NCBI RefSeq assembly: GCF_018977255.1
Contig: NW_024704742.1
Location: 44,642,001 to 44,706,000 of the forward strand
Reading direction: 5' to 3'
Origin: Callorhinchus milii
Lineage: Eukaryota
Length of the DNA: 64,000 bases
In this document: positions 1-12,552 of the stretch, piece by piece
Layout: every line of letters starts with the position of its first letter
Numbering within the stretch: the first letter of the stretch is position 1
The notes under the pieces: generated by a model
Told to the model about the DNA's origin: nothing
Seen by the model: the letters and a program-made list of their open reading frames with translations, nothing else
Database searches by the model: none
Translations under genes and position numbers: made by a program

Positions 1-504
1 CCTCAGCAGAGATGATCACCATACTGATAAAGGCAACACCTCTCCAACCTAATTTACTTTTAGAGTAAACTTGTTAACTGTTGCTGGATGTTTCACATAG
101 TCAGGTGGATTTCCCAATTTGTATCAGACTTCACGGAAATATTTATCTTTCAAATGTTTATCAGCCTGTATTGGATTTTCAGCATTTTTCTGTTTTTATT
201 CCAGGTGACTAAGACACCAGCAAGCTTGGCTTAATTCTGCCCAGTGCTGGGGCTCTAATAGGTAATCCATGGGGTCTATTTTGGGCACTTCTTAAAAGTA
301 TTTCTTAATAAGGAATTCTGTTGGAATCCAAAGTAACTCACAATGTGACCCGACATTGGCTTTATTTTTGCTTGTGATGGTACAATAAAAGCAAAGGGTA
401 TCAATTAATCAAAACCAGACCTCAATGCTGTATATACTGAGAAATTTTCCTATAAGATTAACTTTCAAGTCTTTGTACGAGTTTAGTATCAAAAGGAAAC
501 TTAA

Positions 505-690
505 AGGCACTTCTCAAAAAGAGATGGAGATTTCTCCCAATTACTTGAACAAAATACTCAGATAAATTGATAATTCACTTCTTATGTGCAAGCTTGCTGA
601 GCACAAATTGGCTGTCGTTTTTGTCTATAATTACACAGTCATTACACCTAATAGTAAATTTGCATATCGTGCTTTGAGATATTTCAATAT
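505..690 (+). mobile_element. Old Deu-domain SINE, 3' part
   Basis: Deu-like core TTGCTGAGCACAAATTGGCTGTC plus decayed tail GTGCTTTGAGATATTTC; matches other copies in the window. Confidence 0.65.
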
Positions 691-732
691 TGTCAGCATT
701 TCTGTGTCAGAACACTTTCAAATGTTGAAGAT

Positions 733-950
733 ATCAGCCAGTCTCAGTTGGTAGCATTTCCGTCTCTGAGTCAGAAGGTTGTGGTTTCAAGCCCCACAAT
801 GGTACTTTAAATTCATTGTCCAGGCTGACACTCTAGATCAGTACTTGACTACGAGTACACAGTCACTACACTTTGCGGAAATATTCTGTGAAGCATGTTG
901 AGACACTTTGACGCGATATACCATTATATCAAAGGCAAGGATAATTATTA
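733..950 (+). mobile_element. Old tRNA-headed SINE (SacSINE1-like), internally deleted
   Basis: A/B-box head TCAGTTGGTAGCA...GGTTTCAAGCCCC joined to L2-type tail CTGTGAAGCA...CAAGGATAATTATT. Confidence 0.75.
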
Positions 951-3834
951 ATGCCCAGTCTTGAATTCAAAGATCAGCTGACAAAGGATTGTTGGGAGAT
1001 TTGCTTTCACTACAAAGATTTGAAGAATTGTAAAGACTCGGTACCTCAATCTACTTAAAATGTATCACTTGGTTCACGCTCTACATTTCTAGATGTTGAC
1101 AGTTGTACACATGACAATTTGTCCACACTCTTAAAACCATATTTAAAGTGGAGTTTCTTGATTTCACACTGTATATTGACATTGAAATGTTCAAGGATAG
1201 ATATGCTTTCAATATATATAGAATTCTGTGGCTAACCATAAAGAAAGAAATAACTGAAGCTCAACACTGATCTGAAATATAAGGCAAGGAAGTAATCTGG
1301 AGTCGTTTTCATCAGCTTCCCTTATTTGGCATCTGAGCTCCACCTTGTTGAATGTCAATGGTGAGGACTTTAGCTTTGCATGCCTTTCTTTGCAGTGACA
1401 AGGCAAATTAAATTGACTGTAGTCCTCTGATCAGCTTTGTATTTTGAGGAGCTCTTGTATGTGATTGAATGTTGCTTAGATCTGGTAGAAAGTGATTAAC
1501 CACAAGGATCTTGATTTCTTTCTGGTAGTTTCAAGTATTCCTCATTGTCACCTAATTGGTGTTTCTTAAATGTCAGCAGAAATTGTGCTGGGTTTGGATT
1601 GACAACATTGTCACTGGTGTTATCCATTCAATGATATTTGTTCTCAAATCAGTGGTGCATTGCTTGCCCATATTGACTTATTTGTCACAGAAAGCTTCAA
1701 TTTTTGGAAGGATAAATCACTGGAATGACAAAGAAGTCATAATCAATCATGGCTAACCCCCTTTATTGTTGTGAATCTTTATGCCATGTGCTCTATCAGC
1801 AAGGCAGCCAGCCTGTTGATGACCTGGCAGAATACACTTCAGAACAGAAGGCTGTTGACTCTGCCAAATAAATGAAGGTTACATTTATTGTGTTAAACAA
1901 GGTGCTTATGGATGTTATAGTTATTAACTCTGTTTAAAGGATATTTCAATGTACTGTCAACATCATGGAACAAACATAGGTATGCTTTATTTATTTGGCC
2001 TATAATATCCAGATATAGCTTTTTTTCTTCCAATCACAAAGCTTTAATAATAATAATAATCGTTGCATTTGATGTAGTGCCTTATGACATCATCAAGACA
2101 TCTCCAGACATTGCGATAGTTGGTAGCTCTGGAGATTTACCTTCTTGATATTATTTCTGCAACTCAGAGTATGATTACAGTAAATCCCCATCTTACCAGA
2201 CTCCAGGTATCTGGAATTTGAACCTAGCTGGACAGGGTCCGTAAACAAAATATTAAAAACATTTCCGTAGGCCCCTGCGTAGACTCCCAACTTCCCTAGC
2301 GAACATTAACGCCGCACTGAGCAATATCTTTGCTGATCTTCCCAGTGGCCAGGGATATCGACTTTGACTCAGATTATTTCAATAAAATAGCTTATTTGCT
2401 GTCTTCTGGTTGTGGGGTTCAAAGAATTACGATGCTGATACTGGAATTAATTGGCATTTTTGAAAAATTGAATTTCTGCCTCGCCAAACTGGATCCCTCC
2501 TCCCACCCCCTCCCCCTCCACCCACCACATTAGTCCGACTGAGAGGGTTTAAGTGTATTGTGCTCAAACAATCAAATCCATTCAGATATAAACTATATTA
2601 ATGCTTGGTGGAAGCATTACAAATTAATCTTGTACAAATATGCACATTCTCTCAGTGTCGGTAAGTTGCTGAGCAAATTTTTACCAATTCGAGATGCGTT
2701 AGTTCTTATATATATAACTATATAATTATATAACTATTAGTTTCAAAATTCTGCTGGGGTAACATTGCAAACAGTGATACCAGTTGGTGTTTTTCTGCAC
2801 TGGTTCAGTTGTACTGAGATATTTCAGGGATGGCCACAAGCAATGTCAGTGTTTCGACCAAATTCCATCATGAACTTTACAAATGTTAGGCTGGAATTTT
2901 CTCCGTTACTAACATTGTTCTTTGTATTTCTCGACCTATTTCATGCAATAGCATGTGTTGCAAGAATCCATATGGTTAAATATTTTTGATAATATGCACT
3001 GCTTCTTGAATTCTCTGTTATCTTTGCTCCAGGATGGGGCATCCCTATAAGGAAAAACAATCTTTGGGTGGCAGACAAAAGGTCACCAGCCATTGTATTT
3101 CCTTTACTGAGATAATATTTGGTTCCTCTTAATTACCTTACATCTTAAAATGGTTGGATTTGAGCAATAGTTCAGGGATTTAAACTTGCAATATCAGCAA
3201 CTGATTAGATGCAGGAACATATGGCAGTATTAAAAGATTCCCCGTGCTTCTATCATTCACATATAATTATAGAAGCAGTAACTACTGAATCAGGACTCGG
3301 ATTGACTCAGCATTTTCAAAAGATGTTTTGGGAATTTTTTTTGAAGGTCATGGTGAAGTAAAGTGTTCTTTAAAATTACACGTGTAATTTAATGTTTCTC
3401 AAAGTCTAGATTCCTCATCAATGCATAACAAGGCAATCCCCTTGGAGCACATTATCCATCCACCTTCACGTGATGTACTCTAAAAATTGTCTGCATTTTA
3501 ATATATTACATTTACCCTTCATTTGTAATGACATCTTTTGAAAGCGTTTTAGCTAGAGTCTGCAGGCATAACTCCCGAAAGAAAATGGACTTTGATATTT
3601 CACAAGAGAATCTTTGAAAAGGAAACAACTCTATTTGGATTACACTTTCATTGTTACTTTCAATTCTGGTCTTTTTGATAGAAATTATTTAAACTTGATC
3701 TGAAAGATCTAAATGATCTAAAATGTGTAATGGGGCTAAACATATTCAAATGCATCAACGTGCCCTTAATTATGTATGTAACAAAACTTGATTATGTAAC
3801 CCTTTCCATTTGTTTATTGCATATGACCATCTCA

Positions 3835-4530
3835 CAAGATCATAAGATTAGTTTGGTTGAAGAAGCCTCTTTGACCCACACAATCTCATCCCGCCAGAAC
3901 ATCTACCCCATTGCACCAAGCTCCTTCTTAAATGAGTCCAGTGACTTGGCCGCAATAACCCATCCTGGCAATCTGGTCCAGTCATTAGTTATCCTCTAAG
4001 TAAAGGAAACCTCTTGGTATCTGTCCTGAAATTGTCCTTTGTAATGTTCAACCTATATCATCTTATTGGACTGCCTTGGTGAATCCTAAAGTATTGTTCT
4101 GGGTTTACCTTTTCAATCCCAATTAATACAATACAAAATTACAATACTGCTTGTGGCTATAATTATAAAGTGGCTTTCACATTGGGAGGATGCCCCAAGG
4201 TCAGTGGAGTTGGGTGAGAATGGGATGATAGGGCCATGGATCCTAGTGTGGGAGAGGACACATGCTGCAGAGTTCTGGATGATCTGCAACCTAAGGAGGG
4301 AGGAATTGGGAAGCCTGAAAATCAGGGACTTTGCGTAGTCGTGCCTGGATGTTATGAATGCATGTATGAGGGTCTTGGTGGTACTTCATACAACTCTATG
4401 AAGTCCCCTTTGAGTAGTCTTCTCTCAAGACTGTAGAGCCTGAGCTTGTCTAATCATAACTGATAGTTCATTCTTCTAGTAGTGGGATTCATCTCGTTGG
4501 TCTCCTCTACAATCCTTCAAGGGTCTTATA
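3835..4530 (-). mobile_element. Decayed CR1 LINE 3' region interrupted by L2 fragments (about 4150-4380)
   Basis: CR1-type 3' UTR matching copies at 11160, 40120 and 56725; inner piece carries antisense L2 motif GCTGCAGAGTTCTGGATGAT (IQNSAA). Confidence 0.6.
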
Positions 4531-5190
4531 TTGCCTACAGGTCACCATTTCTATAGTTTTATTGAAAAGCATCAGCTGCAGGGATATAAAGTACAGGTAA
4601 ATGAGACTTAAAGGTTCGCTGTTGAGGAATAATAATAATAATAATAAAGCCAGCATAGATATGATGAGTTGAATGACCTTCTTCAATGCAATAAATTTCC
4701 ATGGTTCTATGGTTTATATGTTTGAACATGAGCTAGTAGCCCAATCTGTAGTTAGTGACTCCAGTGTGTAGGGAATTAATTGAATAAATCCTGTCATACC
4801 TTTAAAATTTACGAATTGTTTTTTAACTCTGGCTTTAGATGTATATAAAGAGCAATCCATTTGTGACTGTGAAACAAGAAAGCTGTGACACTGACAAAAA
4901 ATGCTTACGCTCAGAACGCATAAGAGAAGTTTGAGAGGGGACCTGACAGAGGTCAAATTATGCTGCACAAATTATGAAGGGTTTTTCCAGGGTAAATAGG
5001 GAAAAGCTATTTCTATTTGTAGAGAAGTCAGTGATGAGAGCGTGCACCCAGTGCCAACATCCCAGTCAACCCAGCAGTATGTTGATTACCTGTCTCTCTA
5101 TTAGCAAAATCCTATACAAAATATAAATGGGGAAAGTGCAAATGGGGCATGGCGATCCTGAAGTGAGAATGGAGCTTAAAGTCAGATAAC

Positions 5191-5502
5191 AATAATAATA
5201 GTAATAATAATAATCCTTGCATTTGAAATAGTGCCTTATCTTTGAGATGTCTCAAAGCGCTTCACAGAATATACTGTAAAGTGAATTGACTGTATTTTTT
5301 ATGGTCGAAACGCGGCAGCCAATTGTGCACAGCAGTTTCCCACAAGCAGTCATGGATTAAGGTGACCAATTTATTGTTTTTTTTTAAGGAATTATTACCC
5401 CTGGAAAAGCGATCTGCCAATCGACTAACAACCGGGTTCCTACTTATTGCTAGGTAAACAAAGGCGTGTGAAATAAGGAAACTTGTCAGGAATTGAATCC
5501 AG
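5191..5502 (-). mobile_element. tRNA-Ala/CORE/Deu SINE, long subfamily, head truncated
   Basis: (AAT)n tail, L2-type tail, Deu core and CORE segment CTAGGTAAACAAAGGCGTGTG. Confidence 0.85.
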
Positions 5503-5529
5503 TTATTTACAGCAGAGAAGGATGTCACT

Positions 5530-5697
5530 TAGCCCACTGAATCTGTTTAAAAGAAAGGTAGATAATTACTTGGGTAGGAGAGGTACAAAGGCAAAAAGGC
5601 GAAGCATTGAGTTTAAAAGATGTAATAAACTGATGGAACAGACTCAATATGCTGACTGGCCTCCTCATGTCCTTAAAGTTTCCTATGTCCCTAAGTG
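5530..5697 (+). mobile_element. CR1 3' end fragment
   Basis: TTTAAAAGAAAGGTAGATAATTACTTG ... GACTGGCCTCCTCATGT ... CCTATGTCCCTAAGT is typical of CR1 3' UTRs. Confidence 0.55.
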
Positions 5698-6457
5698 AAA
5701 TGTCTTTTTTTATTCCAAGCTAGTCAATCTGCCAAAATACTTTAAGGACATTTCCAATAATTAAATACCTGTCAAATTAAATCAGAATAAAATCCCTTTA
5801 AAATATCACTTTATATCAATTTCAGCAAAATATATATGAAAATAAAAACTATACTGTATAAATACCTATATTGCAGCTTAGAATATAGTTTTACAATGAC
5901 ATAATGATTTCCTTATTTTTTTCCTAACTAATGTCAAAAATAACAGTGGAATTGGAAAAAAGACAGGAAATTATTTTTAAAAATCCACTTGAGCATATCA
6001 TTGTTCTTTTAGCGTGCTCTGCTTCTTCAGATGTCAATTGGCTTAGTGTGGAGTTCCAATATATCCAGTTTGCAATATGTTTTGTGAACTATTCTCATAC
6101 TGAGTTTAAACTATGGGTACACTGATGATACTCCTGCAGATCCAAAGTGAAAAATAATGGTTGTTTTCAGGCATTGATGGCTAAACTAGTCTTGCCACAG
6201 AATGCCTTCCCCACTACTAGTTCCCACTGTCAGTGGATTAATGGCAACAATTTTTCTTTCAGCACATGCCATATAATATACTGTGAGGCATCACATCATA
6301 TATGCAGTGATACTACATGTGAATATGGTGAAGTCATTTATTCTTTTTTTACGCATAAGCGCTGCTTAAATAACGGTAACTGAATCAGAAAACAAAAAGC
6401 TGGAAGCAAAGCTGTTCACTATTGAGATACACCTCTTAGCCTCCAGCAATAAAATCT

Positions 6458-7237
6458 GTGATATAGTGCCTTTCACATCGGGAAAACATCTCAAAGAGCT
6501 TCACAGGATTTGCTGTAAGTGTAATGTGACTTCGGAACATCGCCAGACTACGGCATTACCTCACCCCTCACGCTGCTGAAACCCTGGTTCACGCCTTTGT
6601 CACCTCAAGGCTGGACTATGGGAACTCTCTCCTCGCCGGCCTTCCCGCCACCTCCCTCCACAAGCTGCAGGTCATTCAGAACTCTGCAGCTCGTGTACTG
6701 TCCCGCACCAGGCTTCGCGGCCACATCACTCCCACCCTCGCTCGCCTCCACTGGCTCCCCATCCCCCAGAGGATTGATTTCAAGATCCTCATCCTCACCT
6801 ACAAGGCCATTCACGGCCTTGCTCCCTCCTACCTCTCCAACCTACTATCCCCCTACCTAACTGCCCGTACCCTCCGTTCCTCTGGCTCCGGTCTGCTCCA
6901 CGTCCCCCGCCCCAACCGCCCTACCATCGGTGGTCGGGCCTTCAGCCCCCAGGCTCTGGAACTCCATCCCCCAGTGCCTTCGCCGCCTCCTCCCTTTCCT
7001 CCTTCAAGGCCGGTCTCAAAATCTTTCTCTTTGACCGAGCCTTCAGCTCCCCTCTCGACTATCTACCCTCTCCTCGCTACCTCCCTTCCCTCCCCTCACC
7101 CTGACCATTTCCCCCCTCCTCGCTCCCTCCCTTCCTTCCCCTCACCCTGACCATTTCCCCCCTGCTCGGGTCATGACCCAACTGTGCAGCGCCTTGGGAC
7201 GTCCTCCTGACGTGAAAGGCGCTTTATAAATGGAATC

Positions 7238-7268
<31 letters not shown>

Positions 7269-7690
7269 ATATTTTATAGGTGAAGAGGCAAACAATTTAT
7301 TTACTGCAATGTCCTACAAGCAGACTTCGAGTGAATAACAAATTAACTTAGGGCCATTGGGAGAAACTCCCTTCTCTTTTCAAATGATGCTATGGTATCT
7401 TTAGCATACAATTAGACAGGCAGACAGGAGCTTGGTTCAATGTCTCATCCGAAGATTGGCATCTCCAACAATACAGAACACACCCAGATTTGCACTGAAG
7501 TGTCAGCTTGGAAGAATGTTGGCCACCTTTCTTGAGTATGGCATAAAATCAAGAAAAAATTAATCAAGATCATTTATTTTGTTGGCCAACCATAAAGGCC
7601 TAGACTATATGACTTCAAAGCCCCAACTTGTGGCTTGAATCCAACATGATTCAGAGATGAGAATGCCACCAACTGAGCCAAGCTGATACA
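6458..7690 (-). mobile_element. Old Deu SINE split by a young L2 insertion (SINE parts 6458-6530 and 7269-7690)
   Basis: Tail part ends ...GTGAC; sequence resumes TATATTTT..., then Deu core, and ends in the tRNA head (AACTGAGCCAAGCTGATA). Confidence 0.75.
6531..7268 (+). mobile_element. Young 5'-truncated L2 LINE (family A)
   Basis: Encodes RNIARLRHYL...IQNSAARVL...LHWLP; CpG-rich; 3' stem-loop and (TTG)n tail; near-identical to 59431-60624. Confidence 0.95.
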
Positions 7691-8789
7691 CAAGGGTTAC
7701 TTCAATATTAAAACAAGGGTGATTTAATTATTGAACAATCAGAAAACATGTCAAAGTTTTCGTGCATGCATGAAATATATACAAACTTGCAAAACATTGG
7801 GATTTTAAATACTAAAAGAATAGAGGAAAATTCAAATGTTGCACCACTACTTGAGAGCCACCTATTATGGAACAGATATTGTAATATAAATCCGGCATCA
7901 CTGTGCAGATATCTGTGCCTATGGGAATTGTAATTTAGCTTTAAAATTTGAGAGAAACATTACAAGTGGGTGCGATTGTAAGTGTGATAATAAAAGTGTG
8001 AATCTTCACTGGAGTAGGAGTGTTGGTGTCTTTGTAAAGGGTTGCTTACTCCATTTGTTGTTATATTTTCAGCTAGAGCAATTTACAAGTATCGATATTT
8101 TGTTATATTTACTAATGACATTAGAAATACTTCTATAAATTTCTGAAGTACGTGTCAGCAAATAATTAGGAAAAGTTCTGAGGTGAGGCAGAGCTGCTTG
8201 TTAATGCAAATATAATGAATGTGGAGAAAAGGATCTGTGATATCTGGCACAACATGTTTGTTACATTCAGGAATAAATAGCTGCAGACAAAACCGGAAAT
8301 AAATCACATCTGTCCTTGTTATATGAAAATTTGCTGAATCTGTTTTCTGTAGGCTGATGGCAGCTTTCTTTGAGACCATTTGATAGTGTGCAAAGCTTGA
8401 AATGAAAAAAAAATCACAGGATCTAACTAGGGTAAGCATTTTTTTCTTTCTCTAATAGTTTCAAAACTTTTAAAGCTGCTATATTTCATATCTATTGCAT
8501 TATGCAAATATTAAAATGTACATTTTAAAGAGTATAAAAAAGTGCAGTATTCTTTCTAATGTATGTTTATTTATGCATTCATTTTAGAAAGGCTAAATAT
8601 TTTCAAGCAACTCAAAGGCAAGTCTCCCATGCTCTATAAATAGATGACTTATTCTGTACAGAATTCCAGAATTATGGAATGTTGTATCATAGAGATAGAC
8701 CATTATACCCGATTTTGTCAGGTAGTCATCCAATTTTCTTTCAGAAGAATGTATTGACTTTGCTACCATTATGGTTTATGACAACAGGT

Positions 8790-9995
8790 AAGAGGTAACA
8801 GAAAGAGTAGACAAGGGTAATGCAGTAGACGTAATATATTTGGATTTCCAAAAGGTGTTCGATAAGGTACTGCATAATAGACTAATGAATAAGGTCAGAG
8901 CATGTGGAGTCAAGGGAAAAGAAGCAGAATGGAGAGCAAGCTGGCTATAAAACAGAAAACAGAGAGTAGGGGTAAAGGGTAGCTACTCAGACTGGCAGAG
9001 GGTGGGAAGTGGTGTTCCACTAGGATTAGTATTGGGACCACTGTTGTTTACAATTTGATTAAAGATTTTGACTCGGGATCAAAAGTACAATTTCAAAATT
9101 TGCAGCCAACACCAATTTGGGAGGTATAATTAATACTGAGGAGGACTGCAACAAATTACAAGACATTAATAAACTTGCTGAGTGGGCATTCAATTGGCAA
9201 ATTAATTTTAATATAGATAAGTGTGAGTTGGTACATTTTGGTAGGAGAAATAAGGAGATCGCATACTGCCCGGAAAATTAGAACCTAAATGGGGTAGAGT
9301 AGTAAAGGGATCTAGGGGTACAGATACACAAATCGCTAGAAGTAGTGACGCAGATTAATAAGTCCATAAAAAAAAGCAAACTAAGCATTGGAGTTCATTT
9401 CTAGAGGGATAAAAATGAAAAGCAGGGAAGTTATGCTAAACTTATACCGAACCTTGATTAGACACTTGGAGTATCGTGTACAGTTCTGGTTCCCATATTA
9501 TAGAAAGAATATAGAGGCACTGGAGAATGTGCAAAGGAGATTTACAAGGATGATACCGGAACTGAAAGGTTATACCTATCAGGAAAGGCTGAACAAGCTT
9601 AAACTCTTTTCTCTTGGAAAAAGTAGGGTGAGGGGTGACCTAATAGAGGTCTTTAAAATTATGAAAGGTTTTGACAGGGTAGACATAAAGAAGTTTCCAC
9701 TTATGGAGGAGTACAAAACTAGGGGCCATGAATATAAAATGGTCACCAATAAATCAAATAGGGAAGTCAGAAGAAACTTCTCTACACAGAGAGTGGAACT
9801 TGCTTACAAGGAATAATTGAGGTGAATAGCATAGATGCATTTAAGGAGAAACTGTATAAGTATATGAGGGAGAAAAGAATAAAAAATTATGCTGATAGGC
9901 TTAGTTGAGGAAGGGCAGGAGGAGGCTCATGGGGAGACCTGTTGGGCTGAATGGTCTGTTTCTGTGCTGTATATTCTATGCAATTCTATATAACA
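8790..9995 (+). mobile_element. 5'-truncated CR1 LINE (RT C-terminal half and 3' UTR)
   Basis: VDVIYLDFQK..FDKV, SGVP.GLVLGPLLF, and ORF 9388-9816 (LENVQRRFTRMIP...RGDLIEVFKIMKG...TRGH); ends in ATTCTAT repeats. Confidence 0.95.
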
Positions 9996-10191
9996 CTTTC
10001 TACATTTGAACCACCCTCTCAGCAAAGATTTTTGAACTACCTTTTCAGTTCTCTTTATTGAAGTGCTCTCCACATGTTGAAAACTAGTCATCAGAATTAC
10101 ACTGGATCTTATGAAGTCGCACTCAAATATCATTGGAGCAACTATTCTGCAAAATCAGGGATTAGGTGATTCACGCCTCACTGTGGTCAGT

Positions 10192-10765
10192 CAACAACAA
10201 CAACAACTTGGATTTATATAGCGCCCTCCACGTTGGACGGCGTCTCAGAGCGCTTTACAGTTTCGGATCCCGGGACTGAGCCAGGGGATGGTGGGGGAGT
10301 TGGTCAAAAAGTAAGGTCTTCAGCAGAGACCTGAAAATGGGAAGGGAGGGAACGAGATGAAGGGAGTGAGGAAGGCAGTTCCAGAGCCTCGGGGTGTAGT
10401 GGCTGAAGGCACGGTCGACGAGAGTGGAGCGGAGGACTCGGGGGACAAGGAGAAGGCCATACCCAGAGGAATGAAGGCAACGGGTGCTGTTTTGAGGAGA
10501 GAGGAGGTCAGAGAGGTAGAGAGATGCAGTGGAGTGCAGGGACTTGAATACAGGGTGAGGATCTTGAAGTCGATCCTCTCTGGGATAGGCAACCAATGCA
10601 GTCTGGCAAGGACTGGGGTGATCGGGGAGTGGAGTTTCGTGCGGGTGAGAATGCGGGCGGCAGAGTTCTGAATGAGTTGGATTTTATGGAATGGTAGTGG
10701 ATGGGAGACCAGCGAGGAGGGCATTGGAGTAGTCCAGCTGAGAGGTGACAAAGGCATGGACCAGA
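10192..10765 (-). mobile_element. 5'-truncated L2 LINE (family D)
   Basis: ORFs 10320-10757 and 10255-10596 (IQNSAARILT...LHWLP...RAFSHYTPRLWN); (CAA)n tail. Confidence 0.95.
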
Positions 10766-10992
10766 GTCAATAATAATCAACTGGTTTGGATCATGTTTTT
10801 GGTGATTTTATAATTTTAATCATTCATAGTTTGCATTTATTACACTGTTCACTTCCAAAATCTTTCTTGTGTAAGTAGAATCCCTTATTCTATCTTTGGA
10901 GGTTTAGGATCGATTACATAGAAGATACAGCACAGAAAGAAGCCATTCAGCCTAACTAGTCTATGGCAGTGTTTAATTCCTCAAAGAAAATA

Positions 10993-11064
10993 TTTCCTGG
11001 CTGGAAATTTAACTTGGGCTGTGGCAGTGAGAGCACTGAATGCAAATAACTAGACCACAGGGGA
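10993..11064 (-). pseudogene. tRNA-Glu(CTC) pseudogene
   Basis: Minus strand TCCCCTGTGGTCTAGTTATTTGCATTCAGTGCTCTCACTGCCACAGCCCAAGTTAAATTTCCAGCCAGGAAA aligns without gaps over 72 nt to vertebrate tRNA-Glu-CTC; anticodon loop CTCTCAC intact, B box destroyed. Confidence 0.85.
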
Positions 11065-11159
11065 ACACAGCAAACAGGAGCTAAGAGGAGGCTAGATTAT
11101 TGGAATGATATATCTAGATGCACATATAAACTATATAACCAAATAATGTGTTGTCTTGC

Positions 11160-11340
11160 ATGATCACAATTAGTTCAGATGAAGAAGACCCTTCGACCTA
11201 TCTGATTTCATCTCTCCAGAACACCCACTATATCATCCTCCCACCACTATACCAAGCTGTTTTTTGAATGAGTCCAGTGTTCCTGCCTCAGCCCTCCTAC
11301 CCGGCAACCAGTTGTTAATTATCCTCTGGGTAAATAAAAA
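11160..11340 (-). mobile_element. CR1 3' UTR fragment
   Basis: Matches 3835-4020, 40120-40330 and 56725-56890 (GATGAAGAAG...AATGAGTCCAGTG...GGCAACC). Confidence 0.65.
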
Positions 11341-11541
11341 CTCTCTTCCTTCCCCATCTTCAGATCGCGCCTGAAGACCTTCCTCTTCAATCGCGCTTAC
11401 GGTCATCTCCTCCCACCCCCCAGCTCGGCATCGTGCTCCACCACTGTCAAGTGCTCTGAGATACTAACCTGTATGAGGGGTGCTATATCGATATACACAT
11501 GTAATTTTGTGTTGTTGTCTTAAATACAAGTTGTTGTTGTT
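11341..11541 (+). mobile_element. L2 3' end (family B tail)
   Basis: CTGAAGACCTTCCTCTT...CTGTCAAGTGCTCTGAGAT...GGGTGCTATAT, (TTG)n. Confidence 0.8.
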
Positions 11542-12019
11542 ATCTGGGGGATAGTAAGTAAAGAGTTTTTGGCACCCAGAGAGATGTTTCCAAATATTGA
11601 TGGTAAATTTGCAGGGTGCTCAAGTGATTCCCACTGCTCTTCCTGTGAGTGTAAAATTCACAACTATTAATTTATATGCTGCATGTTCTTTCTGGACACC
11701 TGGAAGAGATTATAGAGTTTACTACAGTATTGCTCTTGGCACCACGTCCATCTACATTCAGCAGGTGATAGATATGCTGTTGTGGAGGGCTGGCAGATTC
11801 ATTCATTTCTCTGAAAGTGTGAACAATGGGCCACACTGCAGAGAATTTATACTATTTCTAGTTTCCCCAGAGTACTGGGTGTGCACACTAACTGTACTGT
11901 ATGAAGACATGGGAAACTGGGAACCATCAGGAAAGTTGATGGTGTCGGCAATGAAAAGGTATTCCATTCCTTCAACATGCATGTTGTCAATGATGCTCAG
12001 AGCATGATTATTCAACTTG

Positions 12020-12552
12020 ACTCGGTGGCATTCTCACTTGTAGGTTAGAAGATTGTTGGTTCAAATCCCATGACAGGAAATGAATTTATATTCTAAAAGC
12101 ACATGCAAATGCTGGGAGAATGCTGCATTGTTGGATTGCCAATCTTCAAATGAAAGGTTAAGATCAATGTCCCACCTGCCTGTTTAGGTGAATGTTAAAG
12201 ATCCTATGACACTATTTGAAAAATAGGCCGAGGGTGCACCTCATTCTTGAAGGTGGCGTCCTTCAGATGAAATATTAAACCCAGGTCCCATCAACCTGTT
12301 CAGGTGAAAGTTAAACATCTCATGGAACTACTTGAAAAGAGAAGGTCATTTCTCTCAGAGCACTGACCAACAATAATGCAGATAAATTGATCATTTAACT
12401 TATGGCTGTCTGTGCACCCTTTTGTGTGAAAATTGGCTGCTGTATTTGCGTACGAATGCACATTCTCTACACTTGACAGCAATTATCTGTGAAGCATTTT
12501 GAGATGCTTCAATACTATAGGCTTTATTTCATAGCAAGCATTATTATTGTTA
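12020..12552 (+). mobile_element. Old Deu SINE(s) with duplicated central block
   Basis: Head at about 12020; block CTTCAAATGAAA...GTTAAAGATCC occurs twice (about 12140 and 12260); Deu core and tail follow. Confidence 0.7.

Noticed and set aside
8354..8431. Plus-strand exon with AG/GT ends (MKKKSQDLTR), and other strong donors near 22557, 36227, 53861 and 54817 (minus)
   Set aside because: Mostly closed in all frames or unrecognisable; AG|GTAAG-type sites occur at similar numbers on both strands, consistent with chance.
11700..12015. 136-aa ORF, or an ancient RT remnant on the minus strand (YLFIADT, SLQ)
   Set aside because: No recognisable protein; the resemblance to LFADD is too weak to call.
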